From: Pseudovirgaria hyperparasitica
Taxonomy: Eukaryota
NCBI GenBank assembly: GCA_010093815.1
Contig: ML996579.1
DNA length: 64,000 nt
Direction: 5' to 3' (one strand)
Part shown: one piece after another, positions 24,957 to 38,806 of the stretch
How the letters are laid out: each line of letters opens with the position of its first letter
Numbering within the stretch: position 1 is the stretch's first letter
Position numbers and translations under genes: made by a program
Notes under the pieces: model-generated
Told to the model about the DNA's origin: nothing
The model's input: only the letters and a program-made list of their open reading frames with translations
The model's database searches: none

Positions 24957-25235
24957 AATTAGTTAATCTAGGAATATGGCGAGTGATTGCATATATGACA
25001 TAGCCGCTCTGGATTCGGGTTCCAGCGTGAACTGGGGGTGGTGCAGAACAGGAGTATTTGACGGTTGTTTGTTTTGACCGACTGGTCGCGGGCTCCAACC
25101 AGCCAGGGCGGCCGTGGCTTGAACACGGCTCCGAAGTTCTGCCATAACGATCACAGTTCTGCTGCCACTGGATCAGACTTGAGTTCATACGAACTGCGAA
25201 TTGACTCTACACTTTTTTGATAACTGTTTGTCACC

Positions 25236-25681
25236 ATGGTGAAAGCGGCGCCAATCTCTGGTGCCAGGTCAATGGCGGCGCGCCCTCTACCCCCTCTGAA
25301 TAAACTCCGCGTCAAAAAGCCGGATAGGGAAGTAGTAAATCCATGTATCTCAGTCATGTCATCAGTCCTGGGTACGTGATCAGTCCCAAACGGCCCACTG
25401 TATGCAACTTGGCCGCTAATTTTAATTATGAAATAGGTTGCTGGGCATCTTCAGGACATGGCATTGCAGGTTGCGCACAAGTAGAGCAACAGCTGAGAGC
25501 GTGTATGGACGCACCTGTACGGCGCACCCCTTATTTGCGATTGTCGTATCACCTTGAATGATGCTAATGGATCTCACAGCCTGGCAAAGCACCGAAGAAG
25601 AACAACATTAACTGGCACCTCTCGAGAATGTATCCTAAAATCAAAGGACCGCACAAGAAAGGGATCCACGAACACCACTAA
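25236..25681 (+). CDS. MRP10: Mitochondrial 37S ribosomal protein Mrp10/mS37 (CHCH twin CX9C), 3 exons
   Basis: LPPLNKLRVKKP, NPCISVMSSVLGCWAS, CAQVEQQLRACMD, NNINWHLSRMYP. Confidence 0.9.
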
Positions 25682-26274
25682 TGCCTGCAAACTTACTTGC
25701 TCGTTCGATCAGCATCAGAGGCCAATCCGACCACCACAGCAATATCTACATCACACAAAATGGCAGTACGACGAATGCTAAGTCATACCATTGTCGGAAT
25801 ATCTGGTGTCTGGCGAAATACGGGCAGAACATATGTGCTCAAATAAACTAGATGTGCAAGATATTGCATCAGAATCGCATTGGGGGAGTTGTGTCTAGGA
25901 GCGACACACTGTACAATGTATATATATACTCTCACCGAGAACTTGGTGAAAATGTATCACTCTTTCGCTGATATCTAAGCGCGGAGGCAAGATTCCGAAC
26001 CATCTAGCTCTACGCGCACAAAATCGCATTGTGTTAGGATTATATATGTACAAGGATAGTCAGTAAACCTTCGTGGGCATCAATCTTCGAAAGGGCGAGA
26101 GTCTGTTATCATATCAGTCACTTCGGAGCTTACTAGGACCAAGTGTACTTTAAAGTTCTTATATACAAATAATCGACAGCCCGTAGGCATAGTCTAGATG
26201 CTACAAAACGCCCGTTCTGCACCATCATAATCGCATTACGTATCCAATTATGCAGCAACAATACATCCTCCTCT

Positions 26275-27568
26275 CTACGAGCCAATTTCATGCACCACTG
26301 GCTTCGGCGAAGTTTGACCAGTTGGGTTCACTGTTGTCGAATCTAGCTGCTGGATAGAGTCATGCTGTGCAGTAGCTCCGGGCGGAGGACTGCTAGGTTG
26401 GGTATATGGTGCCTGTGATCCTCCCCCGAGCTCCGCAGCGCCGGCAGCAGGAGGCGGAGCCTCTGCCCCTGGTGCATTGTAATTGTATTTATAGTCTTGA
26501 GTTGGGGGCTGTTTAGATGGATCTTGAGGTTGATAGTAGCCTGCGGTGGCCTGCTGCGCACTAGGGTCGTACGCGGTTTGCTGACCGTAATTTTGCTGAG
26601 GGTATGCGCCTTGGGGATACGTGCCCTGGGGTACAGAGGATTGCGGTCCTTGTGGTCCACTCATCGGTGGCGGTTGGTATCCTCCAGCAGCAGCCGGGGC
26701 GGCAGCGGCGGCAGCTGCTTTGGACTTCTTCTTGCGGCGCATGAGTAGGAACACAATTCCGGCGACAATGATGGCTAGGCCGGCGACGCCTCCGACAACT
26801 CCTCCTGCAATGGCTCCGACGTTTGTGCTACTGCCTTCATTCGAGCTGTTTATGCCGTTGGAAGACGAACCGATAGTAGTCGCGGTATCAGCACTTGAGT
26901 CCTCGGCGGACTCTGAAGGGTTGACTGTTATCACTCTGGTTGAGATTGGCACCTCGACTTGGCTAGTGTCAGGTAGCAAAGACTCGCCGCTGGTCGAGTA
27001 GTCGACTAGGATCGTGGTGTCGACATTGGAGCAGCCCCACTCTGTCATTGTGGTTGTTCCGAAATCATAGAGGATATTATAACAACCCGTTAGAGACCCA
27101 GCTGTACACAGAGCCACATAGCCATTGCTCGCGCAAGCACCAGTGCAGGAAGAGGCCTCCGATGAAGGCACGCAGGTCGTCTTGATGGAGCAAGCATTGA
27201 GGCTGTTGGGATTACAGCATCCATGAACGCCGTAGAAACTATTCGTCGCACAAACATAGGAATCGTCGATACAGCTGAAAGTATTTGCTGAAGACCGGTT
27301 AGTACGTAGAGAATGTTAACGATAGACCATTCTTACAGGGATCATCGTGGCCGTAGCCACAAGTATTGTCACCCCTCGAGGCTTGACGTTCGAAAATACT
27401 GTCCATGCCTCTATACAACAATGGTGGTGATGTAGGAGCTGGACTCCACCCGACTACCTCAGCTCCAGCATCGCCAGTTGCTCGAGGCCCATTCCACGGC
27501 ACTGCAGAGATCATGACGGGCGCCAGAATGGCAGCAGACATAAATACTCGACCCATACTGACAACCAT
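26275..27568 (-). CDS. Type I membrane protein: signal peptide, Cys-rich ectodomain, S/T linker, Mid2-like TM, P/Q/Y-rich tail
   Basis: N-terminal hydrophobic leader, GWSPAPT and TCGY motifs, TM GAIAGGVVGGVAGLAIIVAGIVFLL followed by RRKKK, and HEI near the C-terminus; one intron at about 27289-27337. Confidence 0.85.
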
Positions 27569-30194
27569 TGTCTTGCGACGTGTGCGGGGGGCAGTATCAG
27601 ATTATACTCTGGCTTCCGCAGAGAATTATGACGTGAGATGAAAGAGAAGCTTGGAGAGACGACAACGACGACAAGAAAGGATAACGAACAAACGAGATCT
27701 GCAACCGTTGTACAGCAGAGCGGTCAGGGTGGTTCATATTACTCTCATTTTGTACAAACGGGGGCCAGCATTCTGGACCACTCATCCATATTACTGTCGT
27801 CGAGGCGGGAACAATGGCCGAGAACGACTAGACTGGCTTCTCCGGGTCGCATCGAAGCTCTAAGCCCCCAAAAAGACATCTGTCAGCGCAGCGGTTGACT
27901 CGTTACTGTGCACGTAGCGGTCCATGTTCGATCTGCAAGCCCATTTGAGGAAAGTTCGTCTTTGGTTCTCTCCAATACAATGCAGGCACGCGTGATCGAG
28001 CCGGAGATCGCGGCCAATCAAGGCGACGATTGACAGCCATGGCGTAATGTGCAGATTGAAAGGAGTAGCAAATTGTATGAAAAACAACTAAGAGTGCGTA
28101 TCGGGGCTTGACTCTGCTGACTCTCCGGTGCGGCTGAGAAGGCTTTACCGCATTTGCACTAGCGTCACCGGACTAGCAGATGCGACGTTCCTCTCTATGG
28201 CTCTCCGAACCGAGTCCAAGTATGGGCCAAAACCGCCACAAGGCATTCATCCACTTTCAGGCAACCACTACATTGTAGCCATGTCGATCGACCGTTGTGC
28301 ATAACAGTCCGCGGACTTCTTTTTGATAAACCTGGACTTCTGACGGTTTCAAGAACTCATACACTCATCCTATTGTTCTCTGTACTTTTCCATTCAGACT
28401 CATGCTCTACCGTATTCAAGGCGAGCTATATGCGTGTCGTTCAGATCCCACGATCTCAAATCCAGCTTCAGCACCTGCTATTTCATGGACGTTCTACACT
28501 CTGAGAAGCTTTTGTCGCTCTGGAAGTGCATGCGCGTCTCATAACCTACGGGCTTCAAAGGCGAAGGCATGCATGAGTGATACATTTCGCAACGAAGGTT
28601 AAATCATAGTGCGAAACACCATGTTGTGCTACAGTGGCATCCAGTCAGCGGAAAGCTTTCATCGTCGTACAGTCTCACCACTGAATTTATGTCTGACATA
28701 GATATAAAGTCGAATGAGCCTTCTGATAACGCTGCGCTTGACACTAAATACCTTTACTAACAAGGCGACGGAACCCGTTAAATGATTGCAGAATCGAAAT
28801 GTGAGCAACACCTTTAACGTACATTCTCGAGTATGTTCAGGTGGGTCGCAGCCCGAATCCACCAGACTAGAAGTATCATAAGCACCATACGAAACGCAAG
28901 GCGAAGACGGTCTTGTAGGCTTGATCTGGTTTAGTACCATTTTCTTATTCATTTTGGGTACCGATAATATGCGAAGTCTTATACGTGGACCTGGATTAGG
29001 CTACAGGACGCATGAAGTCTTGTTGCGTCTGCGTTTCAAAATTGCATCAACTCAAATCATAGTAGCCTAGTTACTAAACAAACAGGAATTGTGGTAGTAT
29101 AACGGCCCTCCGCAGTTGCTCTTCTCTTATGTATAATACGGGTCCAAATCAAGCAGAACTTCATGTTTTATGATCCTAGGAATGCAGACTGTACAGGCGT
29201 ATATTTGGCGATAGCCAGTAGAGAGGGCATTTCAATCTTCCGCCCTCCGCCGGTTTGCGACTAGGGCCGTTAGTGGTGCTTTGATTTCTGTTCCAATTGC
29301 GCATAACAGAAGGAAGAGTATCGTCTGAGAAATTGAAGATGGTGGGCTAAAATCTGACTAGAAGACTCCCACAGCCGGGCTGTGACGACACATCCCGGTT
29401 CAAACGGCGTTCCATAACCAGCACAAGCCTCAAGAGCAGGTCCATGATTGATGACACTGCGTCAATCAGGCGTTTGCTTGTGTGAAAGAATAGAATTGCT
29501 GTCTGCAGCGCGCTTCCTAAGCGCTCTGAGCGGCACAGTATACGGCGCATACTGGGCATCTACTCTACGCGCCTGAAAATGCGCATCACAACACCTCACA
29601 GCGTTGGTCCATTGTCCTTGAGCTAAAGGACCAACAAACATCCCTTCCGACCCCATGTTTCATTCGCAACCCTCCCAGCTTCGTCACAGCCGCATGTCAT
29701 CCTCGTATAAGACAACAGTAACCGAAATTTGAAGTCTCACAGTATACATCCTAGCCCGAATGGTAAAAATAGTTACCTTATGCCCCTTCGAGTATGGTCG
29801 TACACTGGGGATGTATAGCTTCTGCACGGCGGGCGATTCGCGTGTGCTTGCTCAGCCCTAGCGGCGATTAGATGCGAGTGTTGGAGATCACTCCGTTTCT
29901 GGCAGCGACGTCTAGGGCGGTTGGTTTCCCAGGTTCCTGAGAATAAGCCTGACATTTATATAAGACCACAGCAGGACGTTCCGATTACTGTGGCGCGAAT
30001 ATTCATTTGTAACCAGTACCCAGTTCCAGACACCTGTTGTTGATTGCTTTGATCTGAGTCCCCCGGTCTTTTTAAACATTTCCTTGCGAGAGTTCCGATA
30101 CATGTAAGGCTAATGTTATGGTCGCGTCATTCCGTGCTTAACGTGTATCTTGCAGCATCAATAACGTCTCAAGAGCATTGGACCTTATAAAAAC

Positions 30195-32663
30195 ATGGCG
30201 CTCGAAGCCCCATACACAAATGCAATGCGACTGGGTGAGTGAGTGAGTGAAAGGGATGAAATCGACAGCGATGTACTCACTTCTCGCGATCATAGGTCAG
30301 GGCTTCAATACCTATACTCAAGATATCCGCCTTGACGGCGCTGTCAAAATCACAAACAGATCGTTTCCCATCCGTTCACGCAGAGTCACCGGCGGTCCAG
30401 ACGTCACGAAGCGCGTCGCACAAATCAATGCTAGAGATGCAAATCCGCCACCTTCACCCCCAGGGACGCCAGATCTCCTTGGACGTAGCGGGAATGCAGA
30501 GCGATCTGGGAGCGTACCAGCCATCAGGGAGACACCTGCACCCGACGAGAGGGAAGGTCGAAGACAGTCGACATCCGCCTCTATTATCCTAGGGCCTCCA
30601 CGCGCCGTGTCACCTTTCACCATGGTCGACTCATCAACACCGCCGCCGATTAGCCAAAGTGTGACGTTTTCGACGCGAGCAATTGAGAACGTGTCAGACA
30701 TCATGGATGCCCTGAACATCTCGACCGCTATGTCGATTGGGTATGGCACAATCCACGGAAATGGAAGCGCAGCATTTGTAAATGAGAACAAGGTTCTAGA
30801 CTCCGAGTTGAATTACATTGTTAGTGTGGCCGTGAATAATGACAACACGAGCGTCGACCAGGAGGACATGGAGTTTCAACCGATTGAAGACCTCCCGCCG
30901 GACAGGTTTACGGAGGTCTATGGAGACTCTTTTATTAGCGGATTTGAAGAAGGGGGCGTCTTCAATGCCATTATCTCGATTCAAGTGAACGATAAGAGAA
31001 AGCTGAGGGAGGTCAAACAGGCTGTGGATGTTCAGTTGGCTGTCGGACCAGTGCCTGTGGATGTTGGTGTAAAAGAGGAGCTCAACAAGTCCCATATAGA
31101 AGCCCTGCAGGATACTGAAATCACGATCAGTGTCAATTGGACTGGCGGTGGAGAAGTGAAGAAGCCCGAGGTCCCTTGGACACTTGCTTCTGTTGTAGCA
31201 GTTGCCAACGCCTTTCCTTCAATGGTGGCGAGGAGCTGTTCAAAGACACAAGCAATTCTTATGAGATATACGGCGTTGAAGTCATTCCAGCAGTGGAAAT
31301 GGAAGATGGTAGCAAAAGATCCAGACTGGGCGAAGAAGTTCATTATCCTGAACTACGCCCCTTGCCAATTGTATACGTCGGATCTTTTTGATGCCATGAT
31401 GTCCTACAAAAAGCTCTGGAAACGGATCTCAGAAAGTGCGTCATGAGCTACACGCTACACAACAAATCTGCTAACGATATGCCAGTCCTGAAGAATCCGT
31501 CGAAATTCAAGATACGAGAACCGGAGAAGAAGCCTCAGTACACTTCCAATACTCTTGCAACAGACGACTTCTACGCCCCTAGACTAGAGCGCGGGATACA
31601 TATCGAAACCTCAATGTCCAACTTATCGCAATCGTCAGAGAAGCTTTCTCCGTGCCAAAAGCGAGCGAAAGGATTCATCGAGCGTAACAACACATTTGAG
31701 ATTGAAGATAACACAATTGGCGAGAGTTGGGATCTGTACGCCATCAACCATGATCGGTCACCGATACCTGTGGATCCCTTAGCCCTGAACGAGGCAAAGC
31801 TCCTATGTCGCGAGGCCATGACACTGATTGTTCAGGAGGCAGCCCGGCTCGTGGACCACCCACACTTGGCATATGCCGAGTTCAATGTCATGACAGGTAA
31901 AACTCAGATGAAGCGCCCAGACTTTGCATATCCAGAGGTCCTCCGAATGCGCCTTCCGGTACCTAATGCCAATGATGCGTCTGACGATTCCATGACGCAA
32001 GATGCAGCTGCCATCAAGACGCAAGCGTTCTCTCGCGACAACGATCTATATACGCACTTGGTAGGAGATCCACCGCTCGCGCGTCGGACTTACAAGGCAT
32101 TCACATCTTTGGATCTGAATGAGACTCCGCGCGGCCGTGTGCAAGCCCAAAAGGGGGAAAACACGCTGCGCAAGATATGTTTACACAGCTACCACCATCA
32201 CAGTCTAGCCTGGAGTTCTTTCGACGCTGATGCTGACGGCGCCATAGGAGCCATCGGCTTCGGTTTCGCTCATGATCCGCCTTCAGACAAGAACTCCAAG
32301 GATTGCTTCTTGCACCACTACGGGCATCCATCCGGCGACGCAGAATCCAAATGCAAAGTACTCGACCTAGGGTCCAAGACTGCTTCGACAGAGATTACTC
32401 GGATAGATATCTGCTTCGTTCCTGGCACCGGCAGAATTGCTGGAATCGTCTTCTATGATGACTTCGTTGATGCGACGACAGAGAGGCTAGCGATTCGGCA
32501 GTGGGGAGCAGCCGGACGAGAGCCGGACGGGCTGCAGGTGGTCACGCAAACACCTCCGGATGACGGGGAAAAGTGGAGATTTGTTGGGGTATGCGGAGAG
32601 TTTGATTCGAGCATGTTCGGAGAAGTGCTTGCACGGGTCAGTGGGATATGGAGAAGGGTTTAG
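30195..32663 (+). CDS. MACPF-like protein with possible beta-prism/jacalin-like C-terminal domain (3 coding exons)
   Basis: MALEAPYTNAMRLGQGFNTY start; YGDSFISGFEEGG matches MACPF spacing Y-G-x-x-F-x6-GG; introns at about 30235-30295 and 31436-31485. Confidence 0.7.
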
Positions 32664-33238
32664 GATGGTTCTTGATTCTTCCATGGATATGTTGATTCTT
32701 GGGTATGGTGTCGGGGTTCGGCGTGGCGTTATTAGTATAAAGGCAGAATACCCAGATAAATCGTTTGTTCTTGATATCAGGCACGCCATTTTCTACTGTG
32801 TTGATAATGTCTATTATAGGTAAACATGATATGATAAGTTAATGCCTCATTGTTATCAGAAATTCGGATGGATGACCGAAAAGCCTGGTCGCCACGGTCT
32901 GATTCTTCCCCGCTTAGCGTCATGACCCTTCACCATGAATCCATGCCCGCTCCACCAGACTCTATTATCTCGATATCAACACTAGTCTTCTCAAAGATAC
33001 CCCTTAACTATCCCAGGTGATAAGGATACATACTCCACCCCAGAGGCAAAGTCTGACTGTTCGCATTGCTGTTCGATCAACGCGCGTCTTGACACGTCAA
33101 CCGACGAATGACCTCCGCGACCTCAACTTCAATACCTCCCGCATCAAGTATTCTGCCTGGAGGATATCTGCAATACTTCTGTGCGAGCCAAAGTTGTATA
33201 AGACTCTCCTCAGCCAGCAAGGCTCACGAGAATTCAAG

Positions 33239-34185
33239 ATGTCCATAAAGTAGGTTAATTCTCAGCATCGCTGATCAAGGCAAGCAGTGTTCCTGCTGAC
33301 GTAGGCCTTTCGGGATGAAGCTCTCTGGATACATCTTTACTGACACTATTTGCCTCTACAGCTGGGTAATGCTCTCGGATGCACAGAACTTTACACCTCT
33401 ACCAAACGAAGAAACACTCTACAAGTCTCCACCGCGGACAACCCTCTCTCTACAAACGTTGAACAAGTACCCTGGCAGGGAGCCATTTCACGTCACAAGC
33501 TCCAGCGGTACGATACATCTCACAAATCGACGTGTAAGAATTTCAAACCCTTCTCTACATGAATTATTTCACTAAATCTTCTCAGGTCGTGTATCTTCCC
33601 CAGACCCCCTCACCTACCCTTCAGTCCTTCGCCGCGCCCATCCTCAATCTACATGACACACACGTTGACTCGCCTTGGTTTGGTCCCAACACTTGGACAG
33701 CACTCGTACAGCCGGTCGCTGGTGGCAACATACCACCTCAACACGCTGCACTCGAGTTAAAAATAACTTTCAAAGAAGGCGGCGCATTTGACTTCAGCGC
33801 ACGGTTTGAAAGAGTCAAGGAGCGCCTACAACAAGCCGTGGAAGTGGCGCGTGAGTCCGGACACGCAGCAGGAGACGGCTCTGAGACTGGAAGAGGACTT
33901 GGTGGTGGTGCTTTGGCAGGGGTGAATCTTGATGCTGTGCATCTAGATGAGCTGCCAGCTTACGAGCCAGGGAGTGGTGTACCTGTACCTCCAGAACAGG
34001 TTGTAGAGCAACAAGAAGCCATGAGACGAGACAGCGAGATACTATCCGGGTCGACAGGTCCTAATTCTCCTAGAGTTCCCGCGGCACCGTTCACACCTCC
34101 TGCGGAACCACCACCCGGGTACGAGGAGGCACAGATGGACAGCGTTGCGGACGAGCTAGAGCGAAGACTGCGGAGGGATGGATAA
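33239..34185 (+). CDS. WW-domain binding protein 2-like (GRAM/PH-like domain + PY motifs), 3 exons
   Basis: MSINWVML start, GTIHLTNRR, PWFGPN, FKEGGAFDF, LPAY and PPPGY motifs. Confidence 0.85.
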
Positions 34186-34608
34186 TATAGCACTGATGGT
34201 GCTACTTCTTGCGTTCGAGAACATGATATCAGGGATATGGGCATATACAAGGCGTCAAAGGCTACTCAGGAGGATACCACCAACACCTTTCAGTATTTTG
34301 AGACGATTCGAGCGTGTATTCTACTATACGACCAGATGCCCCAGGCATCATTGCATGAAAATGAAAAGTCTCGAACATGTGAAGATCTGCGGGGTCTGAA
34401 TTGCATGTGAAGATACGTCACGCGAGTTCCCGCGCTACCCCGGCCACTAGACGGATTAGGAAGATGCCTCGGTCCCTCGTTGTCATCATTGTCTATGCTT
34501 AAGAAGCCGAGTTAACATATTTCTCTCTCGGACCTCACTTCTAGCCTCCTTCGAGCCATCATTCTTCTCACGACTTCGTCCTCCTTGCACCGGACTCTAC
34601 ACACCACG

Positions 34609-36164
34609 ATGGCCAACCAGACAGGAAGAAACTCATCGGGTATGTTGTTCTCTAGAGCGGTGGTGATCTCACTGCTCTATGTAGGCTACAACTAGATAGA
34701 GAATAAAAACTGATTTGGAACAGCTCAAAATCGGCTTGCGCAGGTCGGAGAGCACCTTCAGAGCTCCGGACCAAAGGGAAAGAGTGCGCTGCTCGAGAAG
34801 CATGCCGACGATGTAAGTACTATCCATATAGGACATCTGGAGTGCGGAGCGGCAAAAGCTCTAATATAGCAGCCATGGTGTATTGAGGAGGCTTCAACAG
34901 CCTCGAAGCTTGGAAGAAACAGTGCTGACATCTTGTTAGATCGTCGTGACAGCGGCGCTCCGCTCCGCAATCACCAGGGGTCGCAAGGGCGGTTTCAAGG
35001 ACACTATGCCTGCCGATATCCTCACTGGTGTCTTCAAATCTCTCATCGAACGCTCCAAGATTGACCCCAGTCTCGTCGAAGATATTGCCGTCGGTACCGT
35101 GCTGGCTCCAGGAGGTGGCGCGACTGAGTTCAGGGCCGCTGCGATCGCAGCAGGCTTCCCAGTCTCGGCTGCGGTCAAGAGCTTGAACAGGCAATGCTCA
35201 AGTGGTCTTCAGGCCTGTGTAGACGTCGCGAACGCCATCAAGGCGGGCATGATTGACGTCGGTATTGGTGCCGGTGTGGAGAGCATGACTCTACAATACG
35301 GGTGAGTCTACATCCGGGCTCCTCATGAAGCCTGAATCAAGTAGCTGATACATACATGTTTCTAGTCCTACTGCCGTGACAGAGTTCTCTGACGCTCTTG
35401 AAGAAGTCGAAGAATCTGCCAACTGCAAAGTCCCCATGGGCGTCCTTTCCGAAGACATGGCTAAGGACAAGGGTATCTCGCGTGCCTCGCAAGACGAGTT
35501 CGCCGCGCACTCCTTCCAGAAAGCAGTCAAGGCCCAAAAAGCCGGTCTCTTCAAGGAGGAGATCGCACCTCTGACCGTCAAGTGGACAGACCCCAAGACC
35601 GAGGAGGAGAAGGAGATTGTCGTAGACAAAGACGACGGTATTCGCGAGGGCATCACGCCCGAGAGTCTCGGCAAGATCAAGGCCGCGTTTGCAGCAGACG
35701 GCACAATTCACGCCGGTAACGCATCACAAGTCAGCGATGGCGCTGCCGCCGTATTACTCATGAAGCGCTCCACCGCACAGAAGCTCGGGCAGCCCATCAT
35801 CGGCAAATTCGTCAACGCAAGCGTTGTGGGCGTACCGCCACTTCTCATGGGCGTGGGCCCAGCAGCCGCTATCCCACCTGTCTTGGCCAAGACCGGTCTT
35901 GACAAGAACGACGTCGACATCTACGAGATCAACGAGGCGTTTGCGTCACAGTGCTTGTTTTGCATCAACGAGTTAGGCTTGGACCAGGCGAAGATTAACC
36001 CCAAGGGTGGCGCAATTGCGTTTGGACACCCGTTGGGTTGCACGGGCGCGCGGCAGGTCAGCACACTGCTCAATGAGCTGAGGAGGACGAAGCAGAGCAT
36101 TGGTGTTACTAGTATGTGTGTTGGTACGGGCATGGGTATGGCCGCGGTATGGGTTGCGGAATAG
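34609..36164 (+). CDS. POT1: Peroxisomal 3-ketoacyl-CoA thiolase (4 exons)
   Basis: PTS2 RLAQVGEHL, NRQCSSGL, NEAF, GHPLG and MCVGTGMG motifs. Confidence 0.95.
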
Positions 36165-37922
36165 AGACTGGCTGTGTGAGTGTGGTGTATTGTACGAGTC
36201 TTCTGGTATATAGGTTTTGTATAGACGGTTTGCTACAAGTTCCATGAACTTTCTCATCTTCTGAGAACAGCGTCGTCTCCTCCTCAGTGCATCACAGGAC
36301 TCCTTTTTACAATCACACCAGTCAGCGAGATTGATCCTCCAGCTATACTCCTGTCCATGACATCCCGTCACTGTAGCTCTCCATCCTCGTCAACAACTCC
36401 AAACATCCGCACACTCACTTGGACATGTGTGTGACCCACAGCCCATACTCCGGACGAAACCTCTCGCACCGAAACGAAAACCAAAAAACTTCGGAGGTAC
36501 AAACAATTCCACAGACCTACCACTGGCTGTGTATATATCACTATCCGCCATACATCCAGCCCAGTCAATAGACCTACCCTACTCGTAGGCCCAGATGTAG
36601 AGAACGCCGGGCGTATCCGACCGTATACAGATAGAGAAGTTATATGTATATGAACATTCCCATTGTGCTTTTCAATCTTACGAATACTTGGACACACGAA
36701 AGAAAATATATCTTACTCAGACTCCTAGCCTGGGTATGAAGTCTGCTTGGCTTGTTGAATGACAATACATGGTATTGAACAAGGAATAAGACAGACTTGA
36801 GCATTGTGTGGGTGAGGAACGGGTTATGTCATAGTTGAAGAAAATGATTTGCTGTGTAGAGCCTTACGAGTGTGTTGTTTAGTGGTATTGGGTTCACGCA
36901 TTGAGATCTGCTGATTATAGGATACAGGGATGTGTGTCGGCAGGCTCTATATAGAGAGGTATACTATTGTCTTCTTGTTTCTGTCACGGCTTTCTATATG
37001 TAGGGCACTTATTATGGCTTATTCTAGACAAACATAGCTACGTATATGTGAAGTTCACAGGTCATGGCTTTATTTTCGTACGGTATGGGACCCATGAGAA
37101 TCGCCAGTCCTAGCGAAGCACTACTGCTACAGTTCTGGGATGGTAATACCCATCATGTGCGAAGTGATAGAAACAGTGCTGCTCATCATCACGATTGCAA
37201 TTTTTCTACCACTGAGTCCGTTGTCTGTCCCCTTTGCCAACTCTTACGTCTCAGAATAACTTCAATTGCATTCTTACTCGAATACAGATTTATCTGACAT
37301 GGGGCTGCTGGGTCTGTTTTGAAACATGTGGTGGATGTTCGCATAGAGGGTCGAGATTGAGAAAGAGTTTCGCGGTCTGCCCTGGAAGAGCTTTTGCGAG
37401 ATTAAGACCTGGGAATGGCGTTTGCTATATATGATGGGTGCTGCAAGCTCTGGAATTAAAAGGAATCATAATGTATACTATTCTTTGTAGATGTGAGCGG
37501 CAAGTGCCACTGAGGCTGGCTGATGTACAGACCTCAAGCAAAAACCGACTACTTCCATCCAGAACTCATCTATAACCGTGCAATGTTTGAAGCGCAAGAC
37601 TAATATTCAGGAGAGCGCTGAATTATCTTATCTCGTCATGATTCGTAGGTAATATTGCTATAAATGAAGACTTCCCAAGTTCCGTGGTGCTAGCGAGGGT
37701 ATGTGGAAAAGAGAAGAACATGATGGCCTGAGCAGGTGTGAGATCCAAGCTCGAAAAGTGTTCCGAGGCAATAAAAAAAAAGGAGACAGGGAAAGACAAA
37801 TGGGTTGCTGCTGATGCGAGAAATCGCCATATATGTTCAGAGACAGGCCACTTCAGGGAAGCATGTACGTAAAGATTCAGTCAGCCAGCTACTATGTCAA
37901 GCAAAAACTAAACTCAGTCCGG

Positions 37923-38806
37923 TCAGCCGAAAATGAGGCCATATTCGCCGTCCCCGTAAGCATCCAATTGCCTGGCTGTAGAGGTCTTGGTTGGCGAAGT
38001 CCAGACTTTGACGACCATGCCACGGCCGTTGTACCCTAGAGTCTGCCTTTAGTTGAAATCTTCTGGATGAACTTATATGACTGAACACAGTACTCACTAC
38101 AGCCTTCTGACACTTCATGAGTTGTGTTGAAGTAACCACGTTCAAAGTGGTGCGCAAAGTACCAATTGACTTGGTTTGCATGGACCGAGAATGCAAGCAG
38201 GCCCAGAATCAGAGGAAGGTCACCATTCATTCCCCCATAATAGTCTGGGGGTAGCACATCATAGTCGCGTGGGAGATGCCCGGCGGGCAGAAGCTTCTCG
38301 ACCCATCTTTGGTGTAGTCTACGGCCGCGAAGCCGATTGTGAGCGCTTCCGTATGTCGCTGTTGATGCACATGTGGTCTCATCGTGTTCGAAAGTCATGA
38401 TCTGCCAACTAGTTTCAGGGCCGTCGTGACGGGCGATAGACATGGTCCTTATCGGGGTGCCCCAGTAACTGTCCAATCCATCACCTACTTGGTGATCGAT
38501 TGCATCGTAATTCACAATCCAGAAGTAGCCTGAATGGTAGTAGATAGAAAAAGTCTTGTACTCCATGGCATCGCGCGGGAGTCCATCGGTCTTCAATGAG
38601 ACGCCATCGCAGTAGAAGACCAAGCTATCCTCCCCAGAAGAAATGTTTCCGCCAGATGGTCTGGGGGGAGTCCAGTGTCCTCGTGAATCAGTGTTAGGCC
38701 TATGATCGGGAGCCTCTCGCATTCCACGTATCCAGAAGTAATAAGAGGGCTGAGCAATGGTCAATTGGCATTTCGCAGGAGGACAGTAAGGGGCACATAC
38801 TGCCAT
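37923..38806 (-). CDS. Fungal hypothetical protein (3 exons)
   Basis: ATG GCA, a 51-nt intron (38750-38800), then PSYYFWIRG...GGMNGDLPLILGLLAFS. A second intron leads to ...GRGMVVKVW...YGDGEYGLIFG*. Confidence 0.65.

Noticed and set aside
36200..36805. Possible small Cys-rich spliced gene on the minus strand
   Set aside because: One intron-like signal but no credible start or signal peptide, and the frame runs antisense into POT1.
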